Shown piece after piece: positions 1 to 13,167 of a stretch of 64,000 bases of DNA. The notes beneath the pieces are model-generated. The model was not told where the DNA came from. It did not search any database and saw nothing but the letters and a program-made list of their open reading frames with translations. The DNA lies in NCBI GenBank assembly GCA_964106915.2, contig OZ066915.1, one strand, 5' to 3'. Origin of the DNA: Podarcis gaigeae. Lineage: Eukaryota. Every line of letters begins with the position of its first letter. The stretch's first letter is position 1. The position numbers and the translations under genes were made by a program.

Positions 1-2923
1 CGTGGACATGGAGAAGGCTGTCCTCCAAGCTGCCACAAAATGAACCTCTGCAAGCCGTGGCATAACTAATGGGGTCTTCCCCTGAAAATCCTACATGTAC
101 AGGAAGGTCTATATGGGAGAAAGTGTTATTTCAGATAATCCACACCTGGGGTGGATGGCCTTTCACATGGTGGTCCCCAGCCTATGAAATAAAGTTTCCA
201 CTGAAAGACAGTATACTGTAATGAGCTTCTAATTGCTCTTCAAAACATAATCTAATTATTTAAATTTTCCATGGCCTCCAAATCCAATCGAATGATTCCC
301 AGTTACTTTACAGTAATTCTGATAGGTTTCTTTTACTGGATCGTATTAATTGTATACTCCATTTTTTGTTTCGCATTGGATTGCTTTATTGTAATGTCTA
401 GCACCTTGGTATAAATGCTTTCCATAAATATTACAGGCATGGTCATTTTAAGACACAAAGTTGTTTCAGACAACACAGTTTGCCAGTCTCCAATTCGGTG
501 GGTCACCTCAAAAAACGAGCAGAGGGTCTAGGGCAAGTTGTGCAGATGCTGGTGAGAGTATCCCAACACATTGGGGATGGGTAAAAAAGTTGGGTCTTAA
601 AGCTCAGTTTCAGGTCATCTGCAAAATTATTTGGGGCTTCTTGATATTTCTTCTTGGTTTTGCTCAGGTTGCAATAGCAATTTTCCTCCAAGAAACCATT
701 CTGCTTCTTTGCAACTCTCCATCATCCAGTCCAGGCTTTGAGCAACTGACCCACTGTATGTAGAGTAAAAGGGCAAGGTGGATGGGGGCAGAGAAAGGCC
801 ACAAACATTCTTTTACACATTTAATTGCAGAATCCTATATACTCAGAAGATAAGTCTAACTGAATTCAATACAGCTTAGCTTCAGATAAATGGGTATAGG
901 ATTGCAGCCTAAGAGAATGCTACCTGTGCATAAATAAAAGAAAACTTCCACAATATGCAGGCTAACTGGTTCTTCTAGACATCCTGCACAAGAAAAACTG
1001 GAATACATGAAGCAAATCAGCTCCTTCTATTGTAAACAAAGTTTTTAGAAAATAAAAATGTATCAGTTTGCCTCAGCCCCTCTACTATTCTTTATTATTG
1101 GGGGGGGGCACAGAAAGATTTTTATTTGTTTGCCAAAATGAGGCAGGCACTTCATACAGAAGAGGAGGAGACTGACAGATCCAGCCCGCAGGTTTGCTCA
1201 GGAGAATTAGATTGTGCCCTAAATGGAATAAACAACAGCTTTTCAAGAGCTGAAACAAACAAAATCCCTGGTGGATTGGGCCCCATGCCACATTCAGCAT
1301 GTGCTTGCAATAAAATACAACCCTGCCTTACAATTTTAAAGATTTTCAAAAACAGCTTGCAAATAAATTCTAGGAACAAACTAAGATTAACATGATTCAT
1401 ATAAAATACAATCCAGTGGAACATCAGCAACAGAAAAACAGTGCCAGCATTAAATAAGATCTAAAACAGAACCAACAAATTTACTGTTGGTTAAAAAAGA
1501 TAAAAGTTGGGCCAGGGAGGGAGGGGACAACTATTGGCGTGGCACCAAACATTCCAGTCTAGGCACTAATGCCTAACACAGCATGAGGCAACATTGCAAG
1601 TTGGGGTGCCACCACCAGCTAGTCCCCTTCCACAGTCACCATCCACCACTTAAGACCCTTTGGACATGATCTAAGCTTAAGGGGAGCTACCTGGATTTCC
1701 TGCCCAACACATGAACCAAGACTTTGGCTTTTAGTAAACTACTGAGCTAGTCTAGAATCATTTTCCTTAAAAGGGGTTGCTTTCTACACCAGAGGTATTT
1801 GGTCTCACATGTTTGTTACACAGCAGAGCATTAAAAAACAAATTTGTACTTTCCTTAACTTAAGAAAGCTTTTTATCACATAATTTTGCTGAACATGAAG
1901 TTCTTTGCTATGCGGCCAGCTGGAATGAAAATGGCTTATTCTCCCCCACTGCGCCCCCACACTAAAATCAGCAAGACCTAAAAATATTTAGCCACGATGA
2001 GCTCTTTATCCTCGCCCTTTCCCAATAACCACCTCAAATGTAAAGAGGAATGTGGGTTTCGAATTAGCAATAGGTCATTTCTGCAAAAGCTTTAAAAGGC
2101 TCTAGCCTCATCTTTTAAGCCAACCACTCAATCTCATATATATGTATGTCTTACTATTGCATATCCCTTGTATTATAGAAATAAATAATTCAAAGTATTA
2201 TCAGGTCTGTGAGCGCTAAGGAATCAAATCATGAGGATTACATCCACTGGCCTCACCACTGGCTAATCAGAAAGCAGTTCCAAACAGGAGGAACCAGTTT
2301 CAGTTTCAGTTTCCAGCAAGCTATAAATCTTGAAGACATCACTTAATACAGATCAAAGCACTAGGCAAAGGAGATAACCTCTTTTGAAGTCGGGGATTGT
2401 AAGCCTTTGCTGCCCCCAGTCCCCACCAAATGAATTGTCAAGACTGCAGATGATTAGGCTCTGCATACAATCCCTCTTTCAAGTCAAAGTTGACTCTTGC
2501 AAAACCTCAGAGAAGTAACCCTGATTTGTATGTAGCTATCTCACATTGGACTGGATGCTTTTTCCCCTCCAACCAAAAGCAAAGGTTAAAAGGTGCAGCT
2601 AAATCCTGGATTTACTTGGTTGCTCTTAGTGTTACTAACTTTCATGGTTGTACCAACAAGACACGAGTTAAAGAGGGGAGTACCACATAGCTCTAGTAAG
2701 CACAGAATGAGGTTCCACTCATGCAACAAAACTCCCCCCCCTCCCCACTGTGTGCCCCTAAACTTGTTCTGGAGGTTCCACCAACCAGCCAGAGCAGACT
2801 TAGGGTTGCATGAGTGGACCTCACACCATGCACACAACAACTTAGTGGAATCCCACCCAAAGAATCAAGGACAGAAGAGGCTAGGACAAAGGTCCACATC
2901 AGGAAAAATAGCACATGGGTCTT

Positions 2924-3170
2924 AGTGTGGTGTAGTGGTTAAGAGCGGTAGTCTCGTAATCTGGGGAACCGGGTTCGCGTCTCCGCTCCTCCACATGCAG
3001 CTGCTGGGTGACCTTGGGCCAGTCACACTTCTCTGAAGTCTCTCAGCCCCACTCACCTCACAGAGTGCTTGTTGTGGGGGAGGAAGGGAAAGGAGAATGT
3101 TAGCCGCTTTGAGACTCCTTAAAGGGAGTGAAAGGCGGGATATCAAATCCAAACTCTTCTTCTTCTTCTT
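2924..3170 (+). mobile_element. tRNA-derived SINE, Squam3-like, young copy with (CTT)n tail
   Basis: A box (tggtgtagtgg), B-box-like ggttcgcgtc and (CTT)n tail; near-identical to 47678-47925. Confidence 0.85.
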
Positions 3171-4138
3171 GCAGAACCTCTCCAGTGCTCCCAACTCCAC
3201 TGCTGGCCCTAACTGTCCCCCCCCCATAATATCTTCTCTCTTCCTTGCTCTCTGCCAATCTAGTTCAACATTTATTGCAAATGCCTACTTGTTATCCTGT
3301 TTTGCAATTTACATTCACAGCAAATGGGTTGGGGGCATTTAAAGCAGAATTTGGATCTGGCTATCCAACAAATCAATATGGCAAATGAGTCAAATCTTAT
3401 TAGATAGCAAGTCCACACCTGACATTTTTCCTGCAAATGTTACATTTTGTTTCACACAATATTTGCACTGCTGCTAATTATAAGATGAGGTAAGCAAAGA
3501 ATTCCTGAATCTAAAGCAGAATCCCTTTAATGGAGAAAAATGAGAAACCACATCAATTGAAGAATACATTTCCACAAGTAAGTGAGACATTCTTTGTGTG
3601 GAAATAAGGGCAGTCCTTCTACAAAGACCAGATGAGGATAAGCACAGAATCACCTTATCTCATGAATGGCTCTGGAAGTAAGGTGATTCAGCTAAAAGCT
3701 AGCTGGGAGAATTTCACACTTTATCATTCCTCCATGGAAGTGATGGACGTCATTTACAGATCTTCATGCACTGTAGCAAGTTTCTGCACCAAACATGTTT
3801 TTGCATGCAAACCTAGCCCAGCACACACATGGCAAAACAGATGGTCTGTGCTGTCAAAAGTCTCTAAGATAGGGTATAGATTCCCTTAAACTTAATGTCG
3901 GGAAATGTGCATATGTATCTAGTTAAGTCACTAGCTGCAGAAATTTTTTACCCTGCACAAAGAAAACAATGTGATAACTGTACAAGTTCTAGCTACATAC
4001 TTTCTTCCTCAGAGGAAATAATACACATTTTCACAGGATGTTTCCATCTCTACTAATAACTGGATGAGGGCACATAAAATTCCAGGATGTAAAGCAGAGG
4101 CAAATAGAGAGACAAAGAAAGAAAGAGAAATTACATTA

Positions 4139-4369
4139 CAGTGGAACCTCGGGTTATGTACCGTCCTCCTTACGAATGCTTTGGGTAATGAGCTCCGCTA
4201 ACCCTGAGGTATATGCTCCTAGTTATGAACTTTGCTCCAGGATGCGAATGGAAGTCGCACGGCGGCAGTGGGAGGCTCCATTAGCGAAAGCACACCTCAT
4301 GTTAAGAACGGTTTCAGGTTAAAAACGAACCTCTGGAACGAATTAAGTTCGTAACCAGAGGTACCACTG
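4139..4369. mobile_element. Tc1/mariner (Tigger/pogo-like) MITE
   Basis: TA|CAGTGGAACCTC...GAGGTACCACTG|TA terminal inverted repeats with TA target duplication. Confidence 0.85.
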
Positions 4370-4619
4370 TACAGACCTACCTTTCAACCATTAAATAACA
4401 TGAGGACAAGGAATAGAGGAGGAATTTGATTCAGTACACATTTAAAGCCAAATCTATCAAATTCCCTCTTTCTGAAACAGAGATATCCTTCTAAATTTAT
4501 ACTCAGTCATATTTTGTTGTGAAGTTCTCCAACCAAGGTTTACAAAAATGCATATATGAAGGGAAAGCATGCACAAAAATGAAAATATTAATTAAAAGAA
4601 CATGTGATGTTGTTTAACA

Positions 4620-5645
4620 TCTACATGAAATTGCTGGTAGGGATCATCTGAAGTCTTTGAGTACATTGTCAACAATATGCTGATGATGCACAGCTCTGCT
4701 TCTCATTTACGTCTACAGGAGTGGCAGTGGATGAGCTGGACCAATGTCTTGCTTTGGTAATGAAATGGATGTGTGTCAGTATACTGAAGCTCAATCCAGA
4801 TAAAAATGAGACACTGTTAGTGTCTGTTTCCCTAGACCAGATGGATGGGAGGTGGCCTGTTCTTGATGTGGTTATACTACTTCTGAAAGAGCAGATACAT
4901 GGGAGGTCTTCTGGATCCATCACTGTTGCTTGAGTCTTAAGTGGCATGGCAGGCTTTTCATCAACTCTGGCTCCTTTCTGGACAGGAATAGCCTAACTTC
5001 TGTTGTCAACACTCTGGTAACCTCTAGGTTAAATTACTGCAATGAGTTATATGTGGGGCTGCCTTTGAAGATTGTTTGTAAATTACAGTTAGCCCAGAAT
5101 TCAGTGGCCAGGTTGTTCACTGAGACAAGATAGTCAAAGCACAAAACACCAATCTTGGCCAGATTGCACTGGCTACCAATGAGTTTCTGAGCCCAATTCA
5201 ACGTACTGGTTTTAACTATAAAGCCTTATGCAGCTCAGGAGCCCAAGACTTCAAAGACCTCCTCACCGACCCTGACCAGAATCTAGGCTGCTCTCCGTGT
5301 GCCCGCTCCATACGAGTTCTGGAGGGAGACAACACAAGAACGGGTATTTTCAGTCTCCCCACTTGTGGAATGCTCTCCCCATAGAGGGTCACCTGGTACC
5401 ATTCTTACATATTTTTAGGCATCACACAAACATACTTTGTTTCCCAACAGGCCTTTGGCTTTTAACCATCCATGGCATCTTTTAGTGGGTGGGATGTTTC
5501 AATCCTGCTTTCTAAAAATATAGATGTATTTTAGATTTTTCTGTTTTATTTGATTTGGCTTTTAACCTGAATGCCATTTAATTATTGTTGCAAGTGGCTT
5601 TGAGTTGCTTTTGTAAAAAAGGGCAACTAATGATTTAAATAAATA
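4620..5645 (+). mobile_element. Old degenerate L2 LINE 3' fragment
   Basis: Broken frames with QYADDAQL, LKLNPDKNETL, LVTSRLNYCNELYVGLPL, LQLAQNSVARL and LHWLP. Confidence 0.85.
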
Positions 5646-6391
5646 AGTGAAGAGAATTGATTTTAAGACTGGGAAAAATGAGAAATGGGGGCAACCAGAA
5701 TGGACAGATCCTTCCATCCCTAGTAAGGTCAATGATCATTTCAGCATAAGCATTATTATGCAAGTGGATGAGAACAACGAAGTGTTGCAGCGTGGAGTGA
5801 TCCTGTTCACTGTGCTAGTCAGCCAGGCCCTCATCTACAATTCTCCATTCCTCCTCTCACTGATTTTTCTGTTTTTCCTCCCTCAACATTCAGTCAGCAT
5901 ACTATAGTCACTGACTGTTGGAGTTGGGATTCCCATCCTAAGTTTTCTTCTTTAAAAATTTAGTACTTCTCCAAGCCAGCTGATACACCCCCTCCCCCAT
6001 CTTGTGCGTGGGTGGTACTTTCTTGGCCACATAAGCAATGACACTCATGCTGGAGCATAATAAATAGATAGAATAACAAAACTAACATGGATGTCTTCAC
6101 AAAAGGTCTGCTTCATTTTGTTTAATGACCCTGTACTTCTTTTTAAAATGTACTTGGCTGCCAAAGTCTGAAGAACCTGATTTGTATGACAATCTCAAAT
6201 TAGCAGAGTTATTGGATCTGACAATCTCCATAAATGGTCTGCTTGTTTCTACAAAAAATGCTGAGATGAATGGCTGCAGGGCCCACTTTTTCTTTTTTAA
6301 AAAGAAGGGATACTCCTAATTATATTGGCTCCATCCTACAGAAGTTCCACAGCCATCAGTTTTCAGTGTATGGTATTGATGCCTTCAGAGG

Positions 6392-6785
6392 TCTGGTTCT
6401 CACATAATACTAAACCAAACCATGGCTTAGCATAAACAAGCAACCATGCCGGCTTCTGGAGGAGACTGTGACTGTGTTTTGCTCCTCCTCCAGACATTCT
6501 GCTGTTGTGCTGTGCTGAACTAAGCATGGTTTGGTTTATAGCCTGAACCTAGGTTTGTGGTTTAGAACTCTCCAAAACAACCACAAGCTTGTCCATTGTT
6601 TTACAGCTCATGGATTGTTAGAGAGAGTTAAACCATGAGCTTGGGTTCAGATGACATGCTAAGCCAAACCATGACTTAGTGCAGCATCAGAACAACGAGG
6701 GAGGAGAAAAGTGTCTGTGATCTTCTCTCCAAGAGGCTGCATGTTTGTGGTAAACCATGGTTTCACTTAGCATTGTGTGAAAATG
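6392..6785. repeat. About 390-bp imperfect palindrome (fold-back MITE)
   Basis: Left and right arms are reverse-complementary around about 6590-6605, with repeated aaaccatgg/ccatggttt units. Confidence 0.7.
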
Positions 6786-8358
6786 AGGACAGAGTGATCA
6801 GATTTCACTGTATGACTACATCACCATGCCATGTGTGGTGAGGACAACCTAAATACTGTCATTCAGGTTGAGTTTGGAAACCAAAGTGAATAAGGTTCTC
6901 TACCTCATACCCTCAGCAACTTCTATGGTGGAATATTTGCAACCTCTACAGCCAACACTCCTGTGGAGCAACCTGAATACACAGCACAGAACTGTAGCCT
7001 ATCAATCCCCAATATGATCAGGCAAACTTACTTCTGTGTAAAGATATAAAGGGATAAGACTAAAAATCTTCTATGTAAACTTACACACAAAAAAAAGGTT
7101 CGGGGGTGGTGGGCATGGCCATTAAATAGGTTTCCTCCCACCCACCCCAAAAGCCTATTCAGCATACATCTGTTAAAGATTTAGTCAATCTCTAATGAGA
7201 TCCAGATTCCTCCATAACATCACAAAGGTCTAAAGAACTATAATTTTCCCTATATCAGCCCATAGACAATCAGTCCAATACTGTGTACTGTATATACTTC
7301 AGGTTTTTAAAAATGCTGCAGAAACAAAAACTGAATTCTGTCAATCATGCAAATTGAGAGCATGTGCTTATAATCTGCTTATTTTTGTGTAACATATTCC
7401 AGTTCTAGTAGTCAGATGAAAGGGCAAAGAGCTAAGAAAGGGATGCTGTATTCCTATGCTTTGATCACTGAAATCCCTCTTCCCCTCCTCCTATCAAGCC
7501 ACAAAAAGTCCTCACATCTGTGCTCATGTTAATGGATGCAGATGCTCCATTAGCACAAGGTACAGAATAGAAGGGGTGGAGAACAGAGAGCAAAGAGAGA
7601 TTAAACTGTTTTGACACATACAAACGCATTCCCTGTATAATAACTTTCCCCATGATTCCATATTAGCATTTCCAGACATACCCACGAGTCCACAGACATG
7701 CATTTCCAGCAATGTAAAAATATTTGAAAACATGTACAGCTTTAAATGCGTCCTGAAAGACACCCTGCTTTAATTAATGTGGACAATATTAAGCACATTG
7801 CTATAAATCAGGTTTCATTACGAAACTGCATCAGCACAGGGATTTGCAGTATCTAATTAAATCAACACTAATTTTGCTCTCTTAAGGAGAAATTTAAGTT
7901 GGCCCTGCATTGCTGCCCTCACTACTGCCAGATTTCAGGGAATCTTTGGTATGGGGCCACATGACCACAACCATAGAGCGGGGTTGTTTTTTTCTGCTGC
8001 CACATCAGCAAGGAGCATTGCACGTTAAGGTAAATCAAGACTGTAGGTGGCCACCACCGACGGGAGTTCAGCATTGCTCCCATTCAAAATCAGCACTGTC
8101 TGTCCGCCACTAAAATGCATTTAGTGGCAGCATGAATAGTTCAAGTTAGTGAGAAGAGTTTCAAAGTTTCTATGGCTCTCAGCTGGTACCAGTGTTAGAA
8201 ACTCAGATATATAAGCTAAACACCAAATGGCACTTTAAAACTGGGTCACAGTCACCACAATTGTCACAGTCACCACAACTGAATGTGTAGGTACCTTTCT
8301 TTTGCAATGAAATATGATGTTGTTATTGTTGTTGTCATTCATTTCCTTTCTATACCAA

Positions 8359-8590
8359 TAGTCATACCTCGGGTTGAATGTGCTTCAGGTTGAGCGCTTT
8401 CAGGTTGCGCTCCGCGGCAACCCGGAAGTAACAGAGCGCATGCGCAGACACTTAAATGACGTCACATGCATGCGTGGAAGTGGCAAAACATGATCCGCGC
8501 ACGCACCGATGCGCCATCACATCTTACGTTCTATTCAGGATGCAAACGGAGCTCCAGAATAGATCCCATTCACATCCCGAGGTACCACTG
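8359..8590. mobile_element. Tc1/mariner MITE, related family
   Basis: Degenerate left TIR (tagtcatacctcggg) and intact right TIR cccgaggtaccactg|ta. Confidence 0.75.
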
Positions 8591-8762
8591 TATATCAAAG
8601 TGGTTGACAACATATTAAAACATCAAATAAAACAATTCAGAAGAAACGAATTCAAGCTTCAAGGAAAATATTTCAGAACCTTCTCTAAGGGACATTTTGA
8701 TTTTCCCATATTTATTTACCTACTTAATTTACTGAGCTGTCCCATAGCAGAAATACTCTAGG

Positions 8763-8958
8763 AAGCCAGTGTGGTGTAGTGGTTACAGTATCAGACTAGA
8801 GCCTGGAAGATCAGGGTTCAAATCCCCACTCACGAAGCTCACATGGGCCAGTCACAGCCTCCTAACCTACCTCAGAGGGTTGTTGTAGAGATTAAATGAG
8901 AAGGGGGAGAACCATGTATTCCTTGGATGAAAAGGTGCGATAAAAAATGTAATAAACA
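8763..8958 (+). mobile_element. Older Squam3-like SINE
   Basis: gccagtgtggtgtagtggtt...gggttcaaatcccc...gggttgttgt; head shared with the young copies, body diverged. Confidence 0.7.
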
Positions 8959-9087
8959 ATCCCTTCTGCTTATCTTCTCAAGAAAGCTGGAGGAGCCAGC
9001 CAGATAGAAATGTCAGTTGCTAACTTGGCATCCAGAGATCTCCATGTGGTCGCCATTGGCACAGGGACCGATTGATACCTACCAAGA

Positions 9088-9498
9088 AGGAAGAACTATA
9101 TTTGGTCGCACAAAAAATGTCAAAGCACAACTAACTTACTGAAAGCATGTCGTGCCAGAGCAAAAAGGTCTGTTCTCTGAATCCCTCAAATACACCCCTA
9201 TAAGTTTTTTCTAGTTGGCCACTTCCAAACCACATCCAAGAGATAAGTCTCCCCCTTCCTGATTCACCACTCCACACAACTGAGATAACAAAGAAAACAG
9301 TCAGAATTTGTGTATCATGCCATCCCAATATGAATCTTTGCAGTCTTTCCCCTAATCTTTCCTCCTTCCTATCATGTTGTTGAGTGGAACAGAGAAAAAT
9401 GAAGCTACTTTTATTCATCAGCCCCAACCACAGTGTCTCCAACAGGATGGGAGGAAGAACTACATTTGGTCACACAAAAAATGTCAAAGCACAACTAA
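9088..9498 (+). repeat. 47-bp direct repeat (9088-9134 and 9452-9498)
   Basis: 45/47 identical by eye. Confidence 0.9.
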
Positions 9499-11020
9499 AA
9501 AGTTAAACAACTGATGTCCCGGAGTTGAAAACCTAGCACCTAATAAAACAACACACAAAACACTATAACCCATAGGCACCCACTCTTCCATTACAGTTTG
9601 CGATTACAAAAATGAACTGAGAACAGTGGAGAGGCAAGGAGCTGCACGAGAGGCCTTAACTGCTTCTGTGAAACAGACGTTTGGTAAAAAGCATGTATTA
9701 TATAACTAGAAGCATACAATGGGCCAGCACTAGAAAAACAATATTTCAGATTCTTAGGGGCCAGGCTTGCACAGAGCCAAACAGTATTTGTAGGCTGATT
9801 CTCGAAGTGCCCAAGCAATCAAGATAGCAGGCTTTCTGGCGCCTTCTGAATTTACTCAGTGATCTCTGATCAGTTTATGCTGGCACATGCAATAGGCCTA
9901 ATATTAATTATTCAAATATTAACGTTACAGCCTCTGAGCAAAGAAAACTTATCTAATGAACTCTTAACTGAGCCATTTAAGATTCAGATTCGTTTCTGCA
10001 CAAATGTCAAGCAATATCGTTAATCCTGCAAATTCATGCTTTCAAAACATCAAAACTCTACATCAGCCAGTTGACGTGGGCAGAAATAATTTAATTCCCT
10101 CCAGGTCTGGCAGAGGCCTATCCTACGTTCCCTCCCATTATATGGCAGAAGGAGACAGGGGATCTTCACCAAGAAGGCAGGCACGAGAGATCCCTGCAAG
10201 TGGGGGAAAGAGAGAAAACGACGGTCTCTGGTGGACAGATGTCACCCGAGCCCAAGAGTATTAATCTCATAGTATCCTCTGTCCGGCACATTTCACGGCA
10301 GTGCAAGAAGATACAGCAGATGTCACGGGAAGGACACGGTGCATTAGAGAGGCGCAGACCTTCCCGAGCTGCCCCTTTAAGGGGGCTGCAAGGCGTGACG
10401 CCAGCAAAAGGGGAGGGCCAAAGGCTCTGGATCGGCTTCGTTCTGTGACACTCACTGCATCGCGGGGGCCGAGAGAAGGCTGGTGCGCCTCCCGCGAGCT
10501 GGGCGAATCCAAAAGGCGAGGCTGCCTTGCGCGGAGAGCTGCGCACCCGCAGAGCTTCCCAAGCCAGGGGGAGGGTTTGCAAGGCGCTGCATTCGCCACG
10601 CGCCCGGCACGCACTGGCGAGCCAGGCCCAGCTGGCCTTTGCGCTCGTGGGAACGGGGCTGCTCGGGAAGCCTTTACGCCTAGGCGCGCGCGCGCGCGCT
10701 CCCCGTAACACCCACCACCGCCCCCTGAAAGCGTTAATCCACAGAATGCACACGTCTCCACAAGCTAGCAGGCAGGCAGGGGAGCCTTGTGCGCTGGAGT
10801 CTCGATTGTGAGCTAACCATTAGCCCATGCTGCCTGTCTGCCTGCTATATTTATTCCCGCCCCTTCCCGCAAAAAAGCAGCCGGCGTTCAGCACAGTCCC
10901 CCTCTCCCCTGCATGGCGCACCGCCTCCTCGCGCCCGCTAAAGCCCATTAGATCCGCCGCCGCCGCCGCAGCTGTTGCTGCCGCACGCCCCCCGCAAAAT
11001 GAAGAAAGCGCCGCCCTCAC

Positions 11021-11260
11021 CTCCTTCAGCTGCTCCATCTCGGTGCGGATGGTCTCGTACTCCAGCTCCAGCTCCTCATACTGCTGCTTGAGCTGCTGCT
11101 TCTCCTCCAGCACTGCCAGCCCGTACTCGGCAGCCTGGATCTTCTCGCGGGTGGTTTCGCCCAGCTCCTGGAAGAGCCGCTTGATCTCGGTGCGGAGCCA
11201 CTCGGGGCCCGACTCCATCACCAGCTTAGCGTAGTCCTCTTCTTCGACGGCCAGAGACAT
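11021..11260 (-). CDS. BICD2: Protein bicaudal D homolog 2, coding exon 1 (80 aa); rest of gene lies beyond the left edge of the window
   Basis: [80 protein letters not shown] closely matches the recalled human BICD2 N-terminus ([29 protein letters not shown]...[16 protein letters not shown]). Kozak context gccaagATG. Donor GAG|GTGAG at 11021/11020 after exactly 240 nt. Confidence 0.93.
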
Positions 11261-11636
11261 CTTGGCGGGGGCTGGTGCGGCTCCAGACGGGAGTGAGGAG
11301 AAGGGAGGAAATGCGGCAGAGCGCGAGAGCAGCAGGATGGACCCGGCGGTGGCGGCAGCAGCAGCAACGCCGCCCCGCTCGCTCCCTGCAGCCTTTAAGA
11401 CCAGGCGACCCCCCGAGCTGCCATGCCCCCCTCTTCTCCAGCGCCCCTAGTCCTGGCTGCCATGAAACGGGCAGGTTCCTCGCGCCCCTGGTCCCCCGCG
11501 CCAGTGAACCGGCGACTCCTTTACACCATGATTCCTGCGCCCTCCTCCTCCTGCTGCTGCTGCTCGTCTAGCTTAGGGAATGTGGGGAAACCGCAGTGAA
11601 ATCATTCAAAAGGAACGGCCAGTCAGTCGCCCCGAG

Positions 11637-11717
11637 GCATTGTAGGGCTTGTAGTCCCGGCTCCACCGAGGCCGAGCCGATCGCTTCGCCCCAAAGACTA
11701 CGAGTCCCACAATGCAT
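11637..11717. promoter_or_regulatory. Divergent pair of ZNF143 (SBS)/ACTACA-type motifs
   Basis: Plus strand ACTACGAGTCCCACAATGCAT (11697-11717) and minus strand GACTACAAGCCCTACAATGC (11637-11656) both resemble ACTACAnnTCCCAnAATGC; about 380-450 bp upstream of the BICD2 ATG. Confidence 0.6.
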
Positions 11718-12870
11718 AGGGAGGAGAGCCCCAGATGGAAGCCTAGCCCTGCCCTCTTGAAGGAATTCTTGGAGAAGGGGAAGAACCTGGCAGCGAGCGC
11801 TGTTGTTCGTCATCGGCTGCGCTGGAAGCCGCTTGAGCGCTGCCTCCTGCAGGCCGTGCCCAGAACTACCTGGCGTTTGGGCTACATTGCTGGCGGATGG
11901 CCTCTTGTCTTGCAGCAAATACATACTCTGTTCTGTTTAGACATCCTTCCTTCCGTCCTTCCTTCCCCACAGTGGCTACCGGCATTGTTCATGGCACAAT
12001 AACACTGAAATCCTGCGGGCGTTGCCCGTGGGCTTTTTGCCTAGCCAGGTTGCAGAGCATAGCTGGGCCAGAGCTAGGCGGCAGGGCCAGAGCTGCCCAC
12101 AAATGAGGCAGCTTCCCGCGTACCCAGAGAAGCTTGGCAAGAGGGAAACCCGGTGAGAGGAAGGTATTCTGGCGTTCCGCTTTGCCGCTGCTCTCCCACT
12201 GCCCCTAGGTACAGAGAGGCCAGTGGCAAAGCCGTCTGGAACACCCTCTCTCACTGAGTTTCCATTCTGGATGCCCTGGTGGAGTTTGTCCCCTGGCAAG
12301 GCTTTGCAAGCACTTTTCCTTGAAGCATTTGCAAAGGCTCATGCCCCCCCCCCCAACACACCATTTCAGGGGTGGCAGTGGGATTCAGGTGCAAACATGC
12401 CTCATTCCACCCCTGGGCAGGGCTGAAGCCTGGATTTAACTGGGGCCTGAGCAAGGTGCCTCCTGGACTCCCCTCCCCAGCCACACCATGATATCCTGCC
12501 TTCCTTCCCCCACCCCCAGTTTATCAGGCAACTGGGACAGGACAGGCTTCCCCTTTTCAGCATTTTTGCTGGGAAGGCAGAGCTCAGCTTGGCATTGTGA
12601 AATGATCCAAACCATCCCACCAGGAGAGGTGGCAGCAGCTCAAGAATGCCTCTGGGTTCTGCTACATCAGGCCAAATGGAAGTAAATGGCATTATCACAT
12701 TGGCATTGCACTACACTGGGGGCCAGAGGCATTCTGAGGAAATGGCGGTGTCAGGGGCTGTCAGGCTTTCCCACAGCTCCATAATGTTGGCTTGTGCACC
12801 ACCACCCCTCCACTTTAGTAAAAAGAAGAAAAAGCAGCGTCAATGACTCCAGCAATCTACTCTTGCGAAG

Positions 12871-13167
12871 GACTATGGGGTTGCGGCACTCATCTTACTG
12901 GCCGAGGGAGCTGACGTTTGTCTGCAGTCAGCTTCCGGGTCATGTGGCCAGCATGACTAAGCCGCTTCTGGCAAAACCAGAGCAGCGCACAGAAACACCA
13001 TTTACCTTCCTGCCGGAGCGGTACCTATTTATCTACTTGCACTTTGACGTGCTTTCAGACTGCTAGGTTGGCAAGAGCTGGGACCGAACAACGGGAGCTC
13101 ACCCCGTCACGGGGATTCGAACCGCCGACCTTCTGATCGGCAAGTCCTAGGCTCTGTAGTTTACACA
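12871..13167 (-). mobile_element. Sauria SINE (Squam1), truncated
   Basis: ggtcatgtggccagcatgact...ggtacctatttatctacttgcac...ggattcgaaccgccgaccttc; similar to 16077-16433. Confidence 0.85.

Larger units (their letters stand above)
10290..12250. promoter_or_regulatory. CpG island / promoter region of BICD2
   Basis: Abrupt rise in GC and CpG density around the first coding exon against an AT-rich, CpG-depleted background; boundaries are approximate. Confidence 0.85.

Noticed and set aside
2924-3000. tRNA-like A/B boxes (also at 47678 and in the Sauria SINE heads)
   Set aside because: SINE heads continuous with SINE bodies and tails, not tRNA genes.
10820-11020. C-terminal 66 aa of the 146-aa ORF (VRAALSSF...)
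   Set aside because: Read-through past the GAG|GTGAG donor into intron 1; BICD2 similarity stops at the donor.
10004-12850. Many overlapping Arg/Ala/Pro-rich ORFs on both strands
   Set aside because: Expected from stop-codon scarcity in a CpG island; no recognisable domains.
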